Assembly: GCF_047973035.1 (NCBI RefSeq)
Contig: NZ_JBKEBF010000041.1
Location: 1,407 to 25,406 of the forward strand
Direction: 5' to 3'
Origin: Oleidesulfovibrio sp.
GTDB lineage: Bacteria > Desulfobacterota > Desulfovibrionia > Desulfovibrionales > Desulfovibrionaceae
Length of the DNA: 24,000 bases
The notes beneath the pieces were generated by a model that made no database searches, was not told the DNA's origin, and worked only from the letters and a program-made list of their open reading frames with translations. Of this stretch, positions 16,488 to 23,115 are shown piece by piece (within the stretch, counting starts at the first letter, position 1; each line of letters starts with the position of its first letter). The position numbers were made by a program, and so were the translations under genes.

Positions 16488-17895
16488 GCTGCACCGCGTA
16501 GTCATAACGGGCTACGGGGCGATCACGCCATTGGGGAACACGCCGGATGCCATCTGCGATGCGCTGAAAAACGGGCAGACCGCCTTTGAATGTTCAGCGC
16601 ACCTTGCAGGTGTGGCTCAGTGCCCTGCAGATTTTTGCGCAGACACAGCCCTAAAGGGCTGGCGCCATCGCCGCTACCTGAATCGCGGAGCAGCAATGGC
16701 CGTTGCCGCGACAAAGCAGGCCGTCCGATCAGCCGGACTGCAAAACAGTATACCGTACAATTGCGGTGTGTTTGCAGGCAGCGGCCCTAATCTGGACATA
16801 GGCAGTGACTTTGCGGACATCCAAGGTGGAAACCTTGATCAGGCCGGATTATCCGCACTCTGGATGCTGCGGTATCTGCCCAACACTGCTGCGTCTGCCA
16901 TCAGTCAGATGCAGGGGGCTCACGGCGAAAACATGACCTTGGGCACAGCCTGTGCCGCTTCATTGCAAGCAATCGGCGAAGCATTCAGACGCATCCGGTA
17001 CGGAGTCATGCCTATGGCGCTGGCTGGCGGCGGCGATTCGCGCCTGTCACATGGCGGGCTGCTGGCATATGCCAAGGCCGGAGCTCTGGCTCCGTGCAGT
17101 AAAACGAAAAATGACGGTTCCCTGCCGCCCGACCAGGCCTGCCGCCCCTTTGATACTTCGCGACAAGGCTTTGTTGCCGGAGAAGGCGGAGCCATGTTCG
17201 TACTGGAGTCGTTGGAACATGCACTAGCCAGAGGAGTACGCCCGCTGGCAGAAGTTTGCGGGTATGGATGTTCCATGGACGGTCATGCCATGACCGCCCC
17301 ACACCCTGAGGGTGCATACGCCGAGTTGGCAGTTCGAAGCGCATTGAATGAAGCGGGGATAATGCCTCATGAGCTTGCCGCAGTATGCGCCCACGGCACC
17401 GGAACCCCCCGCAATGATGAAGCCGAAGCGGCCATGCTAGACCGGCTGTTTGCAGGCAACACCTCGTCGCCGATTCTGGCGCTGAAGTCATGGACAGGAC
17501 ATTGCGCTTCCGCCTGTGGTGCAGTGGAGCTGGCAGTGCTGCTTGCCTGTACAGGTCAGGGATTTTTGCCTGCCATCCGCAATCTGCGCCTACCGCTTAT
17601 AGATGAACTTAGCTTTCTGACCGGTCAGCAATCATTCAGTTGCGCACAATGGCCCCTCGACGCTTCCAAAAAACATGAGAGCGCAACCGAGCACAATCTC
17701 GGACTAAATGCTGTGGAATCACCTTCCTTCCTCTCTTGTTCCAGCGGTAATGGTCAGCATAACGCACATAACAGGGCGCAGGAAATAACTACCCAAGGCA
17801 CACGCAGCAACAGTCACGTATTGCTGGAGAGTTTTGGTTTCGGCGGTCAGAACGCGGCATTAGTTGTGCGACCATTTGCCGGAAGTAGCTCATGA
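16477..17895 (+). CDS. beta-ketoacyl-ACP synthase I/II-like (Cys-His-His triad) with a low-complexity insertion near the C-terminus
   Basis: Active-site Cys in MTLGTACAASLQAIGEA (TGT codon at 16951-16953). His motifs CAHGTGTPRNDEAE and LKSWTGHCASACG. C-terminal ESFGFGGQNAALVV. ATG 16477 overlaps the ACP stop by 11 nt. Confidence 0.9.
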   Translation: MTAKLHRVVITGYGAITPLGNTPDAICDALKNGQTAFECSAHLAGVAQCPADFCADTALKGWRHRRYLNRGAAMAVAATKQAVRSAGLQNSIPYNCGVFAGSGPNLDIGSDFADIQGGNLDQAGLSALWMLRYLPNTAASAISQMQGAHGENMTLGTACAASLQAIGEAFRRIRYGVMPMALAGGGDSRLSHGGLLAYAKAGALAPCSKTKNDGSLPPDQACRPFDTSRQGFVAGEGGAMFVLESLEHALARGVRPLAEVCGYGCSMDGHAMTAPHPEGAYAELAVRSALNEAGIMPHELAAVCAHGTGTPRNDEAEAAMLDRLFAGNTSSPILALKSWTGHCASACGAVELAVLLACTGQGFLPAIRNLRLPLIDELSFLTGQQSFSCAQWPLDASKKHESATEHNLGLNAVESPSFLSCSSGNGQHNAHNRAQEITTQGTRSNSHVLLESFGFGGQNAALVVRPFAGSSS

Positions 17896-18072
17896 GTAAG
17901 GCAAAGCATCTGGCACTGTTCCGGATGAAACGTATTGCGTGTTTCAACCGGCATACAAAACACTGTATCCCATAGAGTTCAAATATTTTTTTCGAACTAT
18001 GCAAATCTGCACAACGTCAATCAGCGCAAACCCGCATCAATAGTAAGCAACGCCCACCATCTGACTAACGCC

Positions 18073-18828
18073 ATGACAAGCCATACCATCACTATACATA
18101 GCGGCCTTACGCCAGACACAGTTACCGGACGCAGTAATATATTTGTGATACCGCACTCGCTGGAAAAAGTTCACCGCAACACCATATACGGCACACTTGC
18201 ACTGCCAGCAGAGGCTCCGGCATGCTGGTATGTAACGGAGGCCCTTGCCCAGCTTGCCGCCCTGCATACTCGCTGGCTTTGCAATTTCTCCTGTCATGCA
18301 TTTCTGCTTAGTGTACGTGAGCTTCCGTTATTTCCAACCCCAGTTCCGGACACCCGCAAGGCATATGCGCCTGAGCCTGAAACGGCGTTCCCGCTCCCGC
18401 AGCAGAAGGAGCCCACCATGCCTCTGCTGCTGCATGGACCAGCACACTTTTTTGAATCACAACCGGCAGCGCTGCCGGCCCTGACGGCGCACGACAAGCC
18501 CCTCGTCAATGTCAGCGGAGGTCATGTCAGCGGCCAGAGTCTTCAGCCGCACCAAACAGCCTCAGACACCAACGGACTATCCAACCCTGACGTAAAGAAA
18601 ACTCAATGTTGCACAAGTCCGCACTGCTACCCCATGCAGGCCAGCCTGACAGCACAGACCGGCACAGATGCAAACCGTGCGTTTGAGTACGCTGTACAGC
18701 TTAAGCTGCCGGATCAGACAGTTACCGGAACTTTACGCACAGGTACCACTCCGTATGATGCACGATTTTCTGCAGAAATTCTTTCCAGTCGCTACCGGAG
18801 GCTCTTTTCATGGTTGCAGCATCGCTAG
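18073..18828 (+). CDS. hypothetical protein, degenerate FabZ-like hot-dog fold split by a Pro/Gln/Ser-rich insertion (Glu present, His absent)
   Basis: N-terminus ...FVIPHSLEKVHRNTIYGTLALPAEAPACWYVTEALAQLAALH... resembles the FabZ LPHR...EAMAQ layout, but the HFPG block is missing. Glu56 is the GAG codon at 18238-18240. The C-terminus (...AFEYAVQLKLPDQTVTGTLRTGTTPYD) looks like beta strands. The start is uncertain: ATG 18073 has no SD, and the track gives TTG 17935. The 3' end overlaps bioF by 19 nt. Confidence 0.5.
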   Translation: MTSHTITIHSGLTPDTVTGRSNIFVIPHSLEKVHRNTIYGTLALPAEAPACWYVTEALAQLAALHTRWLCNFSCHAFLLSVRELPLFPTPVPDTRKAYAPEPETAFPLPQQKEPTMPLLLHGPAHFFESQPAALPALTAHDKPLVNVSGGHVSGQSLQPHQTASDTNGLSNPDVKKTQCCTSPHCYPMQASLTAQTGTDANRAFEYAVQLKLPDQTVTGTLRTGTTPYDARFSAEILSSRYRRLFSWLQHR

Positions 18829-19970
18829 ACGCACGCATCAAAGCAATACGCAATGCAGGGTTGTACCGTTCCAGACCCGTGCCGGAAAAACGCGACGGCA
18901 AGTGGATTGAACTGGACGGCATCCGCATGTTGAACCTTGCTTCCAACGATTATCTGGGACTAGCCACTGATGCAGAGTGGCAAAAAAAAGTAGCTGCCTG
19001 CTTTGCATTGCACCCGCCTTCTGCTTCGGCATCACCTTTAGCCGGTGGGCACTCCCGCGCCATTCAGCAGGCAGAAGAAGCGTTGGCAGAATATTTCGGC
19101 TATGCGGAGTGCCTGCTTCTGCCCAGTGGCTATCAGGCGAACCTTGCCGTCCTGTGGGGGCTGTCAACAGATCAGACTACCGTTTTCTACGACAAACGCA
19201 TTCATGCCAGCAGTGCTGCCGGGCTAAGGGGAACGCCCGCCTCCCCTTGCGGCTTCAATCACAACAACATTGCCCACCTGCGCCGCAGGCTGGATGCTAT
19301 GCCAGCGTCAGATTTGGCAGGCCGCGATGCACTGGTGCTGGTGGAATCTCTTTACAGCATGGACGGCGACAGCCCCGACTTTGCGGCATTATCCGCCCTG
19401 AAGGCAGAATACAACTTTACTCTTGCAGCAGATGAGGCTCATGCCTTCGGCGTGCTGGGCAAAGGCGGTCGCGGGCTTGCCGCAGGACATGCAGACGTTG
19501 CGGTAGGAACACTGGGCAAAGCTCTTGGATTGTTCGGGGCGTTCATTCTGCTGCCGAAGGGCTGGACAGAGTATCTGTGCAATTTGGCATCGCCGCTGAT
19601 TTACTCAACGGCGTTACCTGATGCGCACGCGGCCTGCGTTGCCATGTTGCCGGAACAGCTGGCGGCCATGGATGAACAGCGCGAGCGGGTTGCCGCCACC
19701 GGCAAGCTGATGCGTGAAGAACTGCGCCTGTACGGGCTGCCCGTACACGGCAGCGCGCATATTCTGGCTGTGGAAATAGGGGACGAAGAGAAAGCAACCG
19801 CCGCTGCTGCCGCCCTGAAAAACCGGGGCATTTTTGCATTGGCGGCCCGTCACCCCACTGTACCAAAACGAAGAGCCGTCATTCGCTTCGGAATAACGGC
19901 TCTGCATACGGCCCGCGACGCTGAGGTATGCGTGCGCGCCCTTACGACGATCCTGCGAGGTATGTCATGA
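18810..19970 (+). CDS. bioF: 8-amino-7-oxononanoate synthase
   Basis: N-terminus ...LNLASNDYLGL... Motifs SLYSMDGD and AADEAHAFGVLGKGGRG, with the PLP lysine in GTLGKALG. GGAGG SD before ATG 18810. Confidence 0.9.
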   Translation: MVAASLDARIKAIRNAGLYRSRPVPEKRDGKWIELDGIRMLNLASNDYLGLATDAEWQKKVAACFALHPPSASASPLAGGHSRAIQQAEEALAEYFGYAECLLLPSGYQANLAVLWGLSTDQTTVFYDKRIHASSAAGLRGTPASPCGFNHNNIAHLRRRLDAMPASDLAGRDALVLVESLYSMDGDSPDFAALSALKAEYNFTLAADEAHAFGVLGKGGRGLAAGHADVAVGTLGKALGLFGAFILLPKGWTEYLCNLASPLIYSTALPDAHAACVAMLPEQLAAMDEQRERVAATGKLMREELRLYGLPVHGSAHILAVEIGDEEKATAAAAALKNRGIFALAARHPTVPKRRAVIRFGITALHTARDAEVCVRALTTILRGMS

Positions 19971-20680
19971 ATCATCGTTCTCCGTTGCCATGCCACCTGT
20001 TTGTTACAGGCACCGACACCGGCGTGGGAAAAACTGTGGTCAGCCTGCTGCTGCTTAAAGCATTATACGGGCGCGGGCACATGGCCCGTTACTTTAAGCC
20101 GGTACAGACCGGTTGCAGTTCTCCCGATGATGCGGACAGCGATGCCCGCTTCATCCATAAATTTTATCCGCCTCTGCATGGTGTACCGGCGGCTCAGTCC
20201 ACCGGCCTGTGCTACAAGGCTCCCAAGGCCCCGCTCTATGCCGCGCGGGATGAAGGGCACGGCATAGAGACGGAAACCATCTTGCACAGACTGGCATATC
20301 TGTGCAGGGAAAAGGCGCCCCTCGTAGCGGAAGGTGCAGGTGGCCTGCTGGTACCCGTCAATACTCAGACGACCTTTCTCGATCTTATCGAAAAAGCTGG
20401 CATTCGTCCGGTGCTGGTTGCCCGTACGGGGCTTGGTACCATCAACCACACACTCCTCTCGCTCGAGGCGCTTCGGCTGCGGGACATGAAACCGGCAGGG
20501 ATCTTGTTTGTTGAAGCAAGGGATAAACCCACTCCCGCAGCCTTGGTTCAGGAAAACATGGACGCCGTGTCCACTTTTTCCGGAATATCTGTATGCGGTG
20601 TCATACCGCATATTTCTGATTTTAGTTCTCCGCCGCCTGAAGCCATGAAAGCTGTCGGGCGGCTGCTTGATTCGCTGTAG
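19967..20680 (+). CDS. bioD: dethiobiotin synthetase
   Basis: P-loop FVTGTDTGVGKTVVS and later EGAGGLLVP. ATG 19967 overlaps the bioF stop (ATGA) and has a GAGG SD. The track ORF starts 13 codons upstream, inside bioF. Confidence 0.9.
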   Translation: MNHRSPLPCHLFVTGTDTGVGKTVVSLLLLKALYGRGHMARYFKPVQTGCSSPDDADSDARFIHKFYPPLHGVPAAQSTGLCYKAPKAPLYAARDEGHGIETETILHRLAYLCREKAPLVAEGAGGLLVPVNTQTTFLDLIEKAGIRPVLVARTGLGTINHTLLSLEALRLRDMKPAGILFVEARDKPTPAALVQENMDAVSTFSGISVCGVIPHISDFSSPPPEAMKAVGRLLDSL

Positions 20681-20690
20681 CGTACTATTG

Positions 20691-20712
20691 CCGCCCGCAG
20701 GGGAACGGGCGG
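20691..20712. terminator. GC-rich hairpin between convergent bioD and lysA-like genes (possible bidirectional terminator, no T-tract)
   Basis: CCGCCCG (20691-20697) pairs with CGGGCGG (20706-20712) around an 8-nt loop. It sits in the 45-bp gap between two convergent stop codons. Confidence 0.35.
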
Positions 20713-20725
20713 GCCACAAGCGCTA

Positions 20726-22024
20726 TTACATATTTGCAGCTTTCTTGCTTTCTTCCGCCGTTGCGGCAAACTCCGGATAAAACGAAAGCAGGTCTTCAAT
20801 CGTTTCGCGGCGGCGGATCAGCTTGTCCTTTCCGTCGCTATCGATAAGCACCTCTGCGGGACGCTGGCGCTGGTTATAGCTGGAGCACATGGCAAAGCCG
20901 TATGCGCCCGAGTCAAGCATACCGACGATGTCACCTTCCTGAATCTCGGGCAGGTCGCGTTCTCTTGCCATGATGTCGCCGGATTCGCAGATATTGCCCA
21001 CCACAGTCTGAAGCATTGTTTCCGCAACCGGTGTGCCGTCTTCGCGGTAGATTTCCACATCATGGTGGGCATCATACATTACGGGACGTTGCAACACGTT
21101 AAAGCCAAGGTCTGTACCTGCAAAACGACGGGGGCCGTTATTCTTTACCGAATGCACGGTACCCAGCACTACGCCGCATTCCGCAACCACGTACCGGCCG
21201 GGTTCAATCATAAAACGCCCCTGATAGCCGGTACGTTCCGCCCATTCGCTAATGCAGGCATGAAGCTGTTCGCCCATGGCCTGCATATCCAGACGGGCCT
21301 GTCCTTCGTACTTTCTGTACGGAATGCCGAAGCCGCCGCCGAAGTCGATAACTTCGATATCATCCCACTGTTCTGCTTCACGCAGTAGGAACTTCATGGC
21401 TTCAATGTAGCTGTCAGGTTCCATAAACAGCGAGCCGATGTGCTGGTTCAGACCGGCAAGGGTAAGGTCGTAACGCGCAAGTATCTCGCGCACCTTGTCA
21501 CCATCATCGGGGCCGATTCCGAATTTGGTGTCCTTACCGCCGGTAACAACTTTTGCGTGGTGTCCGGCCCCTATACCGGGGTTGATGCGAATCATCACCT
21601 TGCCGCCGGGATTCACCTGTCCGAGCAGTTCCAGCTGGGCAAGAGAGTCCACGCTGACAAGCAGGCCGTGCTCTACAGCATTACGCAACTCTTCTGCTGA
21701 TACGTTGTTGCAGACATAGGTAATCTCGTCGGGAGTGAATCCCGCTGCAAGGTGCATGGCGATTTCGCCCGGGGACATGGCATCCACCACCAGACCTTCA
21801 GACCGGATGATACGCAGAAGCGACAGGTTGGCATTGGCCTTTGCTGAATAGTTCACGCGGAACCCGGGGTGTGAGGACAGCGCTTTCAGCTCGCGGCAAC
21901 GCTTGCGCAGTATGTTTTCGTTGTAGACATACAGCGGGCTGCCGTAGGTTTCGACCAGTTCCATAGGCGTGGAAAGCCCGTAAAATTCCTGCTCATCAGT
22001 CACAGCGGAACGAACGTTCGACAT
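20726..22024 (-). CDS. lysA: diaminopimelate decarboxylase-like PLP enzyme (Orn/DAP/Arg decarboxylase, alanine-racemase fold)
   Basis: PLP-Lys context NYSAKANANLSLLRII. Other motifs are HHAKVVTGGKDTKFGI and GNICESGDIMARERDLPEIQEGDIVGMLDSGAYGFAMCSSYNQRQRPAEVLI, which resembles the LysA C-terminal signature. Strong SD AAGGGAGA before ATG 22024. Substrate specificity is not provable from sequence alone. Confidence 0.8.
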   Translation of the reverse strand: MSNVRSAVTDEQEFYGLSTPMELVETYGSPLYVYNENILRKRCRELKALSSHPGFRVNYSAKANANLSLLRIIRSEGLVVDAMSPGEIAMHLAAGFTPDEITYVCNNVSAEELRNAVEHGLLVSVDSLAQLELLGQVNPGGKVMIRINPGIGAGHHAKVVTGGKDTKFGIGPDDGDKVREILARYDLTLAGLNQHIGSLFMEPDSYIEAMKFLLREAEQWDDIEVIDFGGGFGIPYRKYEGQARLDMQAMGEQLHACISEWAERTGYQGRFMIEPGRYVVAECGVVLGTVHSVKNNGPRRFAGTDLGFNVLQRPVMYDAHHDVEIYREDGTPVAETMLQTVVGNICESGDIMARERDLPEIQEGDIVGMLDSGAYGFAMCSSYNQRQRPAEVLIDSDGKDKLIRRRETIEDLLSFYPEFAATAEESKKAANM

Positions 22025-22045
22025 TGTTATCTCCCTTGGAGCGCG

Positions 22046-22783
22046 CTACTCGGCAACGCTTTCCATCGGCTCTGTGCCACCGACACCAGAGCGTATCTTG
22101 ATAAGTTCAATTTCATTAAGCAGCGCCTCGCGCATCAGATACACAAGGTGTTCATTGGCAGAGTAAAGACACTGGCCGGTACGTTTGGCCTGCTCCACTA
22201 TGCCGGTGATGACTTCGCGGGTGTCTGCAATAAGTTTGATATGACCCGACCCGGCGGAGTTCTGCATAAAAATGGCACCCGGAACGTCCGGATCAGTATT
22301 GGACAGGATAACCACCTTGAGCCCGCGCTGCACACAGTCAATCATATCCTGACGAAAGCTTGCGGCATTGTCCGCATGCATGGATATGTAGACTCGCAGT
22401 TGCGCCAATTGCAGCATGTTGCGGATTTTATCCATGGTGTTCTGGTAGCCGCTTACGGTCAGATAAGGCGTTTCTACCGGTTGTTCTTCCGGCAGGTGCT
22501 GGTCCAGATATTCAAGCGTTTCGTCACAGTGCCTGCGGATGGAAACAAGCAGTTCCTTGCGGGGCGTCGGCACGTATTTGCTGGTATCATCGCTGGATGC
22601 CACCGCACCGCCTTTTTCAACCAGACTCGAAAGCGCGGCGTATGCATTTGAACGGGAAATACCGGCAAGCTTTGCAGCCTCATACCCTGTAAGCGCTCCG
22701 TTACGGCACAACGTGACGTACATAATGGATTCCTGCTGGGTAAAACCGAACCGTTTCAATGCCTTGATGATATCGCTGTCCAT
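22046..22783 (-). CDS. TrmB-family transcriptional regulator
   Basis: N-terminal winged HTH IKALKRFGFTQQESIMYVTLCRNGALTGYEAAKLAGISRSNAYAALSSLVEKGGAV is typical of TrmB-type regulators. 245 aa. Its stop lies 21 nt upstream of the lysA-like start, so the two genes probably form an operon. Confidence 0.8.
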   Translation of the reverse strand: MDSDIIKALKRFGFTQQESIMYVTLCRNGALTGYEAAKLAGISRSNAYAALSSLVEKGGAVASSDDTSKYVPTPRKELLVSIRRHCDETLEYLDQHLPEEQPVETPYLTVSGYQNTMDKIRNMLQLAQLRVYISMHADNAASFRQDMIDCVQRGLKVVILSNTDPDVPGAIFMQNSAGSGHIKLIADTREVITGIVEQAKRTGQCLYSANEHLVYLMREALLNEIELIKIRSGVGGTEPMESVAE

Positions 22784-22809
22784 AAAATTTTTCCTGTCAC
22801 GCGCTAGCG

Positions 22810-22827
22810 TAGTACTAATTAGTACTA
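22810..22827. promoter_or_regulatory. 18-bp perfect palindrome TAGTACTAATTAGTACTA, candidate operator in the trmB promoter region
   Basis: TAGTACTAA|TTAGTACTA is a perfect inverted repeat ending 26 nt upstream of the trmB ATG (22783). On the minus strand, TTGACA (22853-22848), a 15-nt spacer and TATAGT (22832-22827) lie immediately upstream of and touching the palindrome. On the plus strand a perfect TATAAT lies at 22829-22834. Confidence 0.5.
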
Positions 22828-23115
22828 CTATAATTTATTTGCCCTGTTGTCAATACAATCAGTCACAAAAATGAAAACCATTTTCAACAAAAAACGCATT
22901 TATTCCATGTCCCCATACGGGACTGACCAGTCTACCCGTGCTTGCCGCGCCCGGCAACGGATACACTGATGGCGGATTGCGAGGGATGTTTACCTTGCTG
23001 CTATTTTTCTCTAACGTATCGACGCCATACTATAAAACGGCTTTGATCATCCTATGATATCAATATGCCTTAGTTCCTTTTTAATGAAACAAAACACCAT
23101 CGTACGGAAGCTACC

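Noticed and set aside
17012-17491. 159-aa minus-strand ORF (and 16920-17276)
   Set aside because: It is antisense to the ketosynthase gene, whose Cys-His-His motifs are unambiguous. It is a shadow ORF.
20063-20719. 218-aa minus-strand ORF
   Set aside because: It is antisense to bioD, which has a clear P-loop and coupled start. The translation is Arg/Gly/Pro-rich with no motifs.
22148-22874. Plus-strand ORFs of 167, 110 and 111 aa
   Set aside because: They are antisense to the TrmB-family regulator gene and have no independent support.
22871-22969. 32-codon ORF (MKTIFNKKRIYSMSPYGTDQSTRACRARQRIH) in the trmB/M20D intergenic region as a leader peptide
   Set aside because: It has no SD, no obvious attenuator structure tied to it, and no composition suggestive of amino-acid sensing. 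It is most likely a chance ORF.
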